This document shows, in pieces, positions 44,838-53,572 of a stretch of 64,000 nucleotides of DNA. Numbering within the stretch: position 1 is the stretch's first letter; each line of letters starts with the position of its first letter. A program made the translations under genes and the position numbers. This stretch comes from Candidatus Saccharimonadia bacterium (GTDB taxonomy: Bacteria > Patescibacteriota > Saccharimonadia > Saccharimonadales > UBA4665): assembly GCA_963810525.1 (NCBI GenBank), contig CAWENB010000006.1, positions 40,175-104,174 of the forward strand. The letters are read 5' to 3'. The notes beneath the pieces were generated by a model. It saw only the letters and a list, made by a program, of their open reading frames with translations, made no database searches and was not told where the DNA came from.

Positions 44838-45497
44838 GTGAAAATTCAGATAATTACTTTGTTTCCAGAGGTATTTGGACCGTATTTACAAAGCAGTATG
44901 TTGTGGAAGGCGGCAGATCGCGGTATCGTGACATACGAGCTGATTGACTTGCGCAAGTTCGGACTTGGGCCGCGCAAAACAGTCGATGACACTCCGTACG
45001 GCGGCGGCGATGGAATGCTGCTTAAGATTGAGCCAATGGTTGCAGCTATAGAGATAGCGAAACACAACGACCCCGAGGCAACCGTACTGTTGCCGACGCC
45101 GCGCGGCGAAACTTACAAACAATCGTCCGCGAATCGATTGGCAGCGGATAGACGGGGGCTGATAGTCCTCTGTCCGCGCTATGAGGGCTATGATGAGCGC
45201 GTAACGGCTTACGTCGATGCACAATACTGCATAGGCAACTACGTTCTGACCGGCGGCGAATTGCCGGCTCTGGTTATCGTCGACAGCGTCGTGCGGCTGC
45301 TACCCGGCGTGCTCGGCGGCGAAACAAGCGCCGAAATCGAATCGTTCCAAGACGATGATGAAAATATCGAGTTCCCGCAATTTACCCGTCCGGAAGAATT
45401 CTGCGGCATGAAAGTTCCAGCTGTTTTATTGAACGGTAATCATGGTGAAATTAATAAATGGCGCCAAGCGCATGCCAAGCATAGCCATAAATCTTGA
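44838..45497 (+). CDS. trmD: tRNA (guanine37-N1)-methyltransferase
   Basis: MKIQIITLFPEVF, YGGGDGMLL, YVLTGGELPALVIVDSVVRLLPGVLG. Confidence 0.9.
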   Translation: MKIQIITLFPEVFGPYLQSSMLWKAADRGIVTYELIDLRKFGLGPRKTVDDTPYGGGDGMLLKIEPMVAAIEIAKHNDPEATVLLPTPRGETYKQSSANRLAADRRGLIVLCPRYEGYDERVTAYVDAQYCIGNYVLTGGELPALVIVDSVVRLLPGVLGGETSAEIESFQDDDENIEFPQFTRPEEFCGMKVPAVLLNGNHGEINKWRQAHAKHSHKS

Positions 45498-45543
45498 AAG
45501 CGGTTATACTGGGTAGTCGTAAACAATCCGGAAGGAGGGTAGC

Positions 45544-45927
45544 ATGAAGCTTCCGTTTATCAAACCTGCCTACGCTCACTGTGACCTGCCGTGCGGTGTG
45601 TACGATCCGGCGCAGGCTCTCATCGAGGCTAAGAGCATTAAGGCCATCATGGAGAAGTATCCGGGCCTCGATGATCACAATAAGACACGGGCGATTATCA
45701 TTAAGGAAGAGCGCGCTGAGCTCGTGAAGCACCATCTCATGGTGCTATGGGCTGACTACTTCAAGCCGGAGCATGTGGAAAAACATCCCGACTTGCATAA
45801 CAAATTCTGGGTGGCCATCAAACAGGCCAGCGATTGCAAGCACCACTTGGAACCTGAAGTGGGTCAAAAGTTGATTGATCAGATTGATGAGATTGCCGAT
45901 ATCTTTTGGGAAACGAAGAAAGCTTAA
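45544..45927 (+). CDS. sodN: Nickel-containing superoxide dismutase precursor
   Basis: An 11-residue propeptide MKLPFIKPAYA is followed by the Ni-hook HCDLPCGVYDP. Strong SD GGAAGGAGGG. Confidence 0.9.
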   Translation: MKLPFIKPAYAHCDLPCGVYDPAQALIEAKSIKAIMEKYPGLDDHNKTRAIIIKEERAELVKHHLMVLWADYFKPEHVEKHPDLHNKFWVAIKQASDCKHHLEPEVGQKLIDQIDEIADIFWETKKA

Positions 45928-46222
45928 GCCGCTACTATTGCGCCAGGTAATCGGTAAAAGTATGCTGCCGATGCTTCAGGAGGGCAGAGTGTTAGTGGCG
46001 AGCGGTTGGTTTGGTCGATTGCGTCCGCACGACGTGATTATCATTCACCACGATGGCTTGGAAAAAGTGAAGCGTGTTCATGCCGTCGAAGGTGATCGCT
46101 TATTCGTGCTTGGCGATAACTCCCCCGAAAGCACTGACAGCCGCCATTTCGGCTGGCTGCCGTTGGATAGTGTCCAGGCTAAAGTCATTTGGCCGAAATA
46201 CAGAGCTGGCGAAGAAGCATAG
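45875..46222 (+). CDS. sodX: S26-family signal-peptidase-like Ni-SOD maturation protease
   Basis: Catalytic Ser context GKSMLPML, then VKRVHAVEGD and LGDNSPESTDSRHFG. The start is uncertain (ATG 45875 or 45887, or TTG 45938). Confidence 0.75.
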   Translation: MIRLMRLPISFGKRRKLKPLLLRQVIGKSMLPMLQEGRVLVASGWFGRLRPHDVIIIHHDGLEKVKRVHAVEGDRLFVLGDNSPESTDSRHFGWLPLDSVQAKVIWPKYRAGEEA

Positions 46223-46263
46223 CTTGAACCCGAAATAGTTAAAATGCTTATGTATATCATATA

Positions 46264-46281
46264 ATATGACTATTGTCATAT
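46264..46281. promoter_or_regulatory. Palindrome ATATGAC-TATT-GTCATAT in the AT-rich spacer upstream of the LPXTG gene
   Basis: 7-bp perfect inverted repeat with a 4-nt spacer, 57 nt upstream of ATG 46338. Function unknown. Confidence 0.25.
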
Positions 46282-46337
46282 TTATGATAATGATATATAA
46301 GTAAAAGTACTGAATTTAACTTATGAGGGGAGAGAGA

Positions 46338-46916
46338 ATGAAAAAGCTGTTACAGGTTTTTTCGGCAACGGTGCTTGCAGTGGGTCTGGCAGGGGGTGTA
46401 GCAGGAGCCACGGCCGATAACTATGGCGCCAATACAAACACCGGCAATTATACAAACACGAATTGCGATAATAATACGACGACTGGCACCGGCACCTCAC
46501 AAACCAGCAGCTCGGGTTGGGCTACCACGAACGGTGACAGCGACGGCAATGCCGGCTCGGGTAGTGCAGATAACGGTAGCAACAGCGGTACCGGCGTTAC
46601 TGTGGGGTGTGGCAAACAAGCAGGCACCACAAGTACCGGCTCGGGTACAAGTACCGGTTCGGGTAACGGCTGCGGCTGTTCGACGAATGGCAGTACCAAG
46701 AAGCAGAAAGCGAAGACGACACCTACTGGTAAGCCTGTAGTGCCCAAATCAGCTCAGGTACTGGGAAGTTCGATTGCTCCGGCTCAAACGGCATCGTTGC
46801 CTGAAACCGGTAACAATACGGCGGAAATGGTTGCGCTGACCGGTGCAGGACTACTGGGTGGCGCACTGATAATTCGCCGGCTCAGTGTGCTGGCCTATCG
46901 TCGGGCGATCAAATAG
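46338..46916 (+). CDS. LPXTG-anchored Gly/Ser/Thr/Asn-rich surface protein
   Basis: Signal peptide MKKLLQVFSATVLAVGLAGG. C-terminal sorting signal LPETG, hydrophobic segment and RRLSVLAYRR. RBS GAGGGGAGAG. Confidence 0.8.
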   Translation: MKKLLQVFSATVLAVGLAGGVAGATADNYGANTNTGNYTNTNCDNNTTTGTGTSQTSSSGWATTNGDSDGNAGSGSADNGSNSGTGVTVGCGKQAGTTSTGSGTSTGSGNGCGCSTNGSTKKQKAKTTPTGKPVVPKSAQVLGSSIAPAQTASLPETGNNTAEMVALTGAGLLGGALIIRRLSVLAYRRAIK

Positions 46917-47583
46917 CGTCCTGCAACAAGGACTGGGTCTGGCGGTGAATCATTGGATCAAAAAATACGCGCAAAACTGGGCAGGGCGGCTGCGCTTTTA
47001 CGGCAGTGTCGTCCTGCTCTATGGTATGACTTTACTTAGTGCAGTATATCTTGCACATACGCCGGCAGTCGTCGTCGGAGCGACGGCCTACAGTGGCAAC
47101 CGCACAGTCGCTTATCAGAGGCCAATTGCCTCTGATGTGGTTGCCGGACGACCGGTACGGATTGTTGTTCCGAGGGTGTATACGTTCGAACCGAACCAGT
47201 ACGTTGATGTACCGGTCGACCAAGGGCACTACTCGAGTATTGACGATTCGTGGACGCTCAGCGGGTACCATGCCCAGTTCGACTTGAATAGTAGCCCGGC
47301 CAACAATTTCGGTGGCCAAACATTCATTTACGGCCACAACAATGATTACGTTTTCGGCGCCTTCCGTCACCATCCACCGTCTGCCGGAGCCCAGGCCATA
47401 CTGTATACCGCCAATGGGCACGAGCTGTCCTATCGGTTCGTGCGGTCCTGGAGTCTGACTCCATCCGACGTATCGGTGTTAAATTATCAGGGGCCGCCGG
47501 TGCTGCTTATTCAGACCTGCACCGGCAGTTTTAACGAGTGGCGGACGATGTACCTTTTTTCGTTCGAAAAGGTTATCAGATGA
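46885..47583 (+). CDS. Sortase (transpeptidase)
   Basis: N-terminal TM segment, GHN His context, catalytic LIQTCTG (TLxTC-type). GTG 46945 is an alternative start. Confidence 0.8.
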   Translation: MCWPIVGRSNSVLQQGLGLAVNHWIKKYAQNWAGRLRFYGSVVLLYGMTLLSAVYLAHTPAVVVGATAYSGNRTVAYQRPIASDVVAGRPVRIVVPRVYTFEPNQYVDVPVDQGHYSSIDDSWTLSGYHAQFDLNSSPANNFGGQTFIYGHNNDYVFGAFRHHPPSAGAQAILYTANGHELSYRFVRSWSLTPSDVSVLNYQGPPVLLIQTCTGSFNEWRTMYLFSFEKVIR

Positions 47584-48809
47584 TGTTTGACCAGACGATG
47601 CTTTTGCTGACTCATGTCTGCGAGATCAGCGGAGCGGTTGTAGGACTTGTGACTATAACCGGTTCGGCACTTGCTGACATGAGAGAAGAACGCAGACGGC
47701 GGGATAGGTGTCGCCACCCGTATGCGCGGGGTTACCGAAAGCGTCCGCTTATTACGGTGCTGGTGGTGACGCGAAACAGCGGGCAATACATCGAATCGCA
47801 ACTCCGGTCGATTTTATCCGGTTCATACAAAAAAGTTGAGGTTATCGTTATCGATAACGCATCGAGCGACTCGACCAGGCGCGCAGTCAGGCAGTACAGG
47901 GCGTGTTATCCCAAAGCCAGACTCAGGCTGGTGGCCCGCCGCTCGGAGATAACGGGTTCCCGAGAAGCGGTGCAACTCTTCCAGAGGTACGGGCACGGCC
48001 AGCTGGTAGCAGTGCTCGACGGGCTGACTGTGCCGGACGCAGCAGCGCTTACCCGGGTCGCTGGCCATTTTAACGATGATAATCAATTGGCCGTTCTTGA
48101 TGCAGTGGTTACGGCAATGCCGGTAACGAGCCTGGCCGGGCTTGCTTGGAATTATCAGGCGCTGCTCGCCCGACAGTCCTGCCGATTAAACACTGTCGCG
48201 TGGGACTCTAAAATTCAAAGTGTGCTGATCTATACATCTTCGGCTTTTATGGGCTTGTATGCTAAGAGCGACCGGACGGGTGATCATTTTAAAAGTCTCA
48301 TGGCTGAAACGGTTGGATTTTATAAACACCAAATAACATGGAAAGTTATATTTCGCCAATCCGGAATTTTGCCTTCAACGGTACCGTTGCTTACGCTGTT
48401 ACGCCGGTGTCAGAGTACTGAACTTTCGTTCCGTCAGCGACTTCTGGCTATCGCAGGGTTGGTGAATATAGTGTGTAAGATAATATTAACGGCAATCTTA
48501 CCAATTGTTGTAAATTATTTTATCTTCCTGGCTTTTAAGTTGAGGGAACCGTCGATGTTGCTCATAAGTTTGCTGATTCTCTCCATATTGCTCGCTACGG
48601 CTATTTGGGAGAGCAAGAGTCTCAATTATCAACAAAAGCTATTGTACACTTTGGGTGTGCCGATTATGTATTGGATGTTCTATTCATTATCCAGCGTCCG
48701 GGTAGTGTTTGTGGCGGCGCGTTTGATAACGAACGTCATAAAACGCGCCGCTGTCTACCGGCCCGGGATAATGCGCTTTGTTAATCCAAGAAGACAAGAG
48801 GCGGTTTAG
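47580..48809 (+). CDS. Family 2 glycosyltransferase with a C-terminal multi-TM region
   Basis: VLVVTRNSGQYIE...VIVIDNASSDST GT2 N-terminal pattern and 3-4 C-terminal TM segments. The ATG overlaps the sortase stop (ATGA). Confidence 0.75.
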   Translation: MMFDQTMLLLTHVCEISGAVVGLVTITGSALADMREERRRRDRCRHPYARGYRKRPLITVLVVTRNSGQYIESQLRSILSGSYKKVEVIVIDNASSDSTRRAVRQYRACYPKARLRLVARRSEITGSREAVQLFQRYGHGQLVAVLDGLTVPDAAALTRVAGHFNDDNQLAVLDAVVTAMPVTSLAGLAWNYQALLARQSCRLNTVAWDSKIQSVLIYTSSAFMGLYAKSDRTGDHFKSLMAETVGFYKHQITWKVIFRQSGILPSTVPLLTLLRRCQSTELSFRQRLLAIAGLVNIVCKIILTAILPIVVNYFIFLAFKLREPSMLLISLLILSILLATAIWESKSLNYQQKLLYTLGVPIMYWMFYSLSSVRVVFVAARLITNVIKRAAVYRPGIMRFVNPRRQEAV

Positions 48810-48825
48810 GTAGGGGGCTAACCGG

Positions 48826-50724
48826 CTAATTTTGGTGTGTCGGATCGAGGTGCGGTAACGGCGGTACATGGGAATTCGTTCCCGCGTCACTGGCATCAAA
48901 AAGCTGCGTAAACGCCGGAATCTGCCTGGCTCTCGACGGATTCGATGCTAGGTAGTTACTCGCGACCCGGATCGCCGCATGGACATCGCCGTCTTCCATA
49001 TATGCTTTCGCGACGGCGAACATAGCCGGCATTCCGGTCTCGATATCTTCGGCCATGATTTCGGCATCGTCTAGCAGCCGCTGCGCGGTGCACTCTGCCT
49101 GATCAAGCTCGTCCAAATCGATAAATAGTTGTATGGCTGTTTCGAGAGTTGTTCTGCGAACGTCTACGTCAGGGCTTTGCTGCCACCGCCCCATTGCCTG
49201 TAAGGCTTCGGCGGCTCGTGCCTGATCCCGATGCCTGTGTGCTCCCGCGTACCGACGCGCGGCAAACTCATGCATGTGAATTGGGAGGGTGAATGCCGGA
49301 TCGACTCTATCCAAAGTTTTATAGGTATCAATCAGTCCTTCAGCTTGAGAGAGTGTCGAAGCGTCGTTAGTTTCCTCGTAAACTGCCAGGGAATTGCGGA
49401 TCCGATATAGTGCCCGAGCCGCTCTGTCGACGGTCGCGGTGGGCTGGCTGATAAGTTCATTGGCAACGGCGGCTTGTCCGTGACGGGCAAGCCGACGAAT
49501 CAGAATAGCTTTAGCCTCCTCATTCACCCGTATGTGCAGCTGTTTGGCTGCAAGGTCTGGCAACGTTTCAGCGGGGGCATTTGCGGCCGCAATGGTAGCG
49601 AGTCGAGCCAATGAGTAATCAGTACCTGAGCTATTGTAATTACCGAGCAGGCTAACTATATTGGCAACGTATTCTGCCGGCAATTGTCGGCCGCTTGCCA
49701 GGTACATGTCCACGTACGATTTATAAAGGTTTTTATCCACGGCAATGTTTGATGCGATGGTGGTTAAAGTTTCCCCTTGGTTTACGCCGAACGCGCCAGC
49801 CTCTAGGCTCAACAGGCTTCCGGCTGCCCAAACTAGAACTGCGGACCGGAGGGGTGAAGTCTGGGCCAGACGGAAAATGTATTCCGGTGTGTTTTGGGCG
49901 ATAACGCTAATGGCAGCCAAGGTACCTGTGGTTGGCTGAGCCCTATATTCGACAATGCACGCTGAGCGTAAGTGGTGCTGCAATTCTGCGTATGCTTCTG
50001 AATAGTCGGCCCCATCCGTTCCTGCACATCCTTCAATCCCGACGATGTGAGCCAACAGCGTCATCCGCTGATTATCGTCATCAAAAGCGCTAAAGAATTC
50101 GGAATCCATAAACTGCCGGGCAATCCGGGCGTCGGTCGTATAGTCCCGGATGCAGTTTGACAGGTACTCGGCAAACTGTCGTGAACCGAAGTTTAACGTA
50201 GACATTACCTTATAAATATCTTCATATTGGTATGTCTTTGGCAGATCGGTGATGGTCTCCTGGTAGGCGTCTTGGTCAAAATGGGTATTAGTAGTCTCCA
50301 GGATTGATTCGACGGTGCGGTTCGCCAGTTCGGGTTGGTGGCGGCGCGCTACGCGTAGCCACTGATTAAGTGTATGACCGGGTTCAATGAACTCTGGAGG
50401 TTTTGACCAAACTGGCTGGCGCGCGTACTCCGGTACGCCTACGCCGGGCTGTCCGGTGTTTAGCAGTGTTATAACGGATTGGCGGAACGCATCAGCACTT
50501 TGGGATAACTGCTCTTCGACACGGGTGAGTGAGCTGGGCGCCGAAGCCGGAGAACCGTATGTGAGCTTCAGGTCGGCAAGTTCAGGGTCAATGTCGTCAG
50601 GGAGGCCATCAACAATCAATCGCAATTCAAGCGGTACTGCCGGTCGGGGGGCTTCATGCGCAGAAGCCAGGTCTTCCATGAAATAACAATACAATAAAAC
50701 AGCAAAAAATGCAAACGTTAACAA
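48826..50724 (-). CDS. Hypothetical 632-aa protein with an N-terminal TM segment and helical-repeat-like C-terminus
   Basis: Long ORF with no catalytic motif. The C-terminal third looks TPR/helical-repeat-like. Confidence 0.55.
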   Translation of the reverse strand: MLTFAFFAVLLYCYFMEDLASAHEAPRPAVPLELRLIVDGLPDDIDPELADLKLTYGSPASAPSSLTRVEEQLSQSADAFRQSVITLLNTGQPGVGVPEYARQPVWSKPPEFIEPGHTLNQWLRVARRHQPELANRTVESILETTNTHFDQDAYQETITDLPKTYQYEDIYKVMSTLNFGSRQFAEYLSNCIRDYTTDARIARQFMDSEFFSAFDDDNQRMTLLAHIVGIEGCAGTDGADYSEAYAELQHHLRSACIVEYRAQPTTGTLAAISVIAQNTPEYIFRLAQTSPLRSAVLVWAAGSLLSLEAGAFGVNQGETLTTIASNIAVDKNLYKSYVDMYLASGRQLPAEYVANIVSLLGNYNSSGTDYSLARLATIAAANAPAETLPDLAAKQLHIRVNEEAKAILIRRLARHGQAAVANELISQPTATVDRAARALYRIRNSLAVYEETNDASTLSQAEGLIDTYKTLDRVDPAFTLPIHMHEFAARRYAGAHRHRDQARAAEALQAMGRWQQSPDVDVRRTTLETAIQLFIDLDELDQAECTAQRLLDDAEIMAEDIETGMPAMFAVAKAYMEDGDVHAAIRVASNYLASNPSRARQIPAFTQLFDASDAGTNSHVPPLPHLDPTHQN

Positions 50725-50754
50725 CGGTCAGAATTTAATCACGTAGCGGAGTGT

Positions 50755-51921
50755 CTATACATTGAAATTGTTCGGCAGAATCCGCGGATTAGGCGTGCAA
50801 GCAGTTAGTAGTGCTGCTTTTTCCTGGCGGGTCGCGAATTGATAATTGGCATGGCCGGAAGCTCCGTTGACGTATCGTACCTTTATGTCGCGGGCCTGTT
50901 TAAACGCGCAGGCAATATCGCCGTACGCCGCTTTTTCATCAACCACGGTATCCGTCCAGCGCATTCCCGGCCGAGGGCCGATATAGTTTACTTTGGTATC
51001 AGGGGAAAAGTACGACGAAACTGAGCAAAGCAGATCGACGAGATCACTTCTGCTGCCTATTTGTTCTAATATGCGCATTTGACTGGTAAGTACAGGTGGA
51101 GCAGCGCCGAAGCCCTTAGAAAATTGCTGGTTTGCCTGGAGCCAATCGGCGGGCAGAGACAGGGGGTTGAAACCGCGTTCTTCCCAGGCTCTAAAAAATG
51201 AGACGACATACTTGCCAAGCGCATCCTGTCCGATACCGGAATTGGTAAAGAAAACACCCTGTTCGCCGAAATCTGCCGTGTGAATACCTGAGGGCGACGA
51301 TAACATAGTAACGAACGAAAGCTTTCTTGGCGGCGTATAACCTATCTCCCGGCACCGTTTAAGCATCAGGAAAAACATAATGTCTGCCATGCTGTGGAGC
51401 GTAACTCCGTACGTCGGCGTATCGAGCGGTGCGTCCTCGAACGAGCTTATGAACATGTCGGTCATACTCTCGATGGTAATGGGCTGATTGCCGATTTGCT
51501 GGTAGCGTGTCGGCAGCCGGTATCTGGTGGCGCAGGCAACATCGGCGGCAACATTATTGCCGTTAATCTCGCCAAGCCCCATAAAAATAAAATTGGTGGC
51601 TGGGGCGTGCTTCGGAGCCGGGTGCCACTTGTCATTATAGATATCGATACTTGTCGGTACCGGATTATTCCAACCTTCGTAGCTGTATATTGCCGCATTT
51701 GCTGATTGGTCAATGGCGCCGAGCGAGGAATCTTCAAATCTTTGGTTGGCACAACGGGCCAGCAACAGGTCGAGACCGGGATAACGGCGTACGGCTTCGA
51801 CGGCGAACACGGCTGCCATGCCGCCCAACAGTGCTCGGCGACCAACGTCATTACCATCAGTAACCTCTGCATGAAGGGGTTCAAACGGCACAGAGAACGA
51901 TGATTCCGAAATATCGGCCAT
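50755..51921 (-). CDS. Hypothetical 388-aa protein, possibly exported
   Basis: The N-terminal GRRALLGGMAAVFAV is twin-arginine-like. LHSMAD is vaguely lipase-elbow-like but not canonical. Confidence 0.55.
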   Translation of the reverse strand: MADISESSFSVPFEPLHAEVTDGNDVGRRALLGGMAAVFAVEAVRRYPGLDLLLARCANQRFEDSSLGAIDQSANAAIYSYEGWNNPVPTSIDIYNDKWHPAPKHAPATNFIFMGLGEINGNNVAADVACATRYRLPTRYQQIGNQPITIESMTDMFISSFEDAPLDTPTYGVTLHSMADIMFFLMLKRCREIGYTPPRKLSFVTMLSSPSGIHTADFGEQGVFFTNSGIGQDALGKYVVSFFRAWEERGFNPLSLPADWLQANQQFSKGFGAAPPVLTSQMRILEQIGSRSDLVDLLCSVSSYFSPDTKVNYIGPRPGMRWTDTVVDEKAAYGDIACAFKQARDIKVRYVNGASGHANYQFATRQEKAALLTACTPNPRILPNNFNV

Positions 51922-51986
51922 GGCTTTATAAACAATCGGTCAGTAAGTAATTAGAAATATTATACTAAATCCCTACCCAATCGTGT

Positions 51987-52733
51987 CTAGGCCTCGATAT
52001 GACGGAACCGGTAGGCGCCAAACATGATGAGTACGATGAGTGTGATGGTCAAAACAACCAAGTCTTTCGTGAGTCCGAAATGGGATTGCCCGATTAACAG
52101 GGCGCGCATGGCGTCGACGGCATACGACATCGGGTTTAACTCGGCAACTGTATGAAGCCACTCCGGTACGTGATCGAGGGGGTAGAGCGCGCCGCTAAGG
52201 AAGTACAATGGGAACACCAGAAATTGATTGATAGCCTGGAAACCTTGCATATCTTCGACGAACGAGCCGATGCCTGAGCTGAAACAGGCAATGGCAACCG
52301 CTAACATCGTGAGAACCCCAATAGTCGGGATTACGAGCAGCCAGTGCTGCGGGTGAAAGCCTAAGAATAATGATATAACGAATACCAATACACCTTGCAT
52401 GACCGCCGTGGTGGCGCCGCCGAGAGCGCCGCCAAGCATAATTTTCAGGCGTGAAACGGGTGCTACCAGGGTTTCTTTTAGAAAACCGAATTGCTTATCA
52501 AACATAATCATGGCACCGTAGAACATCGCTGAAAACAGCACGGTCTGCGCCATTACGCCGGGCACCAGAAACTCCAGATAATCACCCTGGCCAGCGCGTT
52601 TATATACCGATCCCAGCCCGTAGCCAAGCGCCAACAGAAATAAGAGCGGCTGGCCGACGGCGCCGAGCATACGCGACTTGGCGCGGAAAAAACGCTTGAT
52701 CTGTCGCAGCCATAATATAAATATCACTTTCAT
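51987..52733 (-). CDS. ABC-2 type transporter permease
   Basis: Six TM segments. Overlaps the ATPase gene by 4 nt. Confidence 0.8.
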   Translation of the reverse strand: MKVIFILWLRQIKRFFRAKSRMLGAVGQPLLFLLALGYGLGSVYKRAGQGDYLEFLVPGVMAQTVLFSAMFYGAMIMFDKQFGFLKETLVAPVSRLKIMLGGALGGATTAVMQGVLVFVISLFLGFHPQHWLLVIPTIGVLTMLAVAIACFSSGIGSFVEDMQGFQAINQFLVFPLYFLSGALYPLDHVPEWLHTVAELNPMSYAVDAMRALLIGQSHFGLTKDLVVLTITLIVLIMFGAYRFRHIEA

Positions 52734-53572
52734 CGCATATTCCTTGCGCGGTGGCGCGCTCGCCAGGCTTCGTGCGGATCCGCCGCTTCGTCGCGAACGG
52801 TCCGACCGGTCAGTGACAGGTAGGCCTCTTCAAGACTGTCGGTATTGGTTTGTTTTTTCAGTTCATTGGTGGTGCCGAGGGCAATAAGCTTGCCGTGATC
52901 GATGATGCCAATACGGCTAGCATTTGCTTCAGCTTCTTCGAGGTAGTGGGTCGTAAACAAGACGGTCATACCTTCGGTTTTGCTCATTTTTTGGACGTAA
53001 TCCCAGAGTAGATTGCGGGTTTGAGTGTCGAGTCCGAGCGTCGGCTCGTCGAGAAACAGTACATGCGGATGATGCAGCAGGCCGCGGGCAATTTCCAGTC
53101 GGCGCTTCATGCCGCCGGAAAACGTTTTGACAGCCGAGTCACGGCGCTCCCAAAGCTCTACAAGCGTGAGCAACTCTTCGATGCGCGGGCGAGCCGAACG
53201 TCGACTCAAGCCATAAAAGACGGCATGCAGCTCCATGTTTTCATAAGCAGTGAGCTCGGTGTCAACACTCGGGTCCTGAAACACGATGCCGAAACTCCGG
53301 CGCACCGCATCCTGATTCCGTCTGACGTCATGTCCGGCCAGCGTCAATAAACCGTCGGTCGGCTGCAGCAGCGTCGTGAGCATCTTGATGGTGGTGCTTT
53401 TGCCGGCCCCGTTCGGACCAAGCAGGGCGAACAGCTCGCCCTTCTCGACCTCAAATGACACGTCATTGACCGCAGTGACGTCGCCGAACTTTTTGGTGAC
53501 GTGTTCGAGCGTAATGACCGGTTCCGACTTACTCATAGACGTGCTGACTTTGGTGTCCGTCGAACGACTCAC
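52730..53572 (-). CDS. ABC transporter ATP-binding protein (DrrA-like exporter ATPase)
   Basis: GPNGAGKST, FSGGMKRRLEIA, LFLDEPTLGLD. ATG 53536 is an alternative start. Confidence 0.9.
   Translation of the reverse strand: MSRSTDTKVSTSMSKSEPVITLEHVTKKFGDVTAVNDVSFEVEKGELFALLGPNGAGKSTTIKMLTTLLQPTDGLLTLAGHDVRRNQDAVRRSFGIVFQDPSVDTELTAYENMELHAVFYGLSRRSARPRIEELLTLVELWERRDSAVKTFSGGMKRRLEIARGLLHHPHVLFLDEPTLGLDTQTRNLLWDYVQKMSKTEGMTVLFTTHYLEEAEANASRIGIIDHGKLIALGTTNELKKQTNTDSLEEAYLSLTGRTVRDEAADPHEAWRARHRARNMR

Noticed and set aside
46423-46747. 105-aa (+) and 99-aa (-) ORFs inside the LPXTG protein gene
   Set aside because: They are by-products of the Gly/Ser/Thr codon repetitiveness. The annotated frame has a signal peptide and an LPETG sorting signal.
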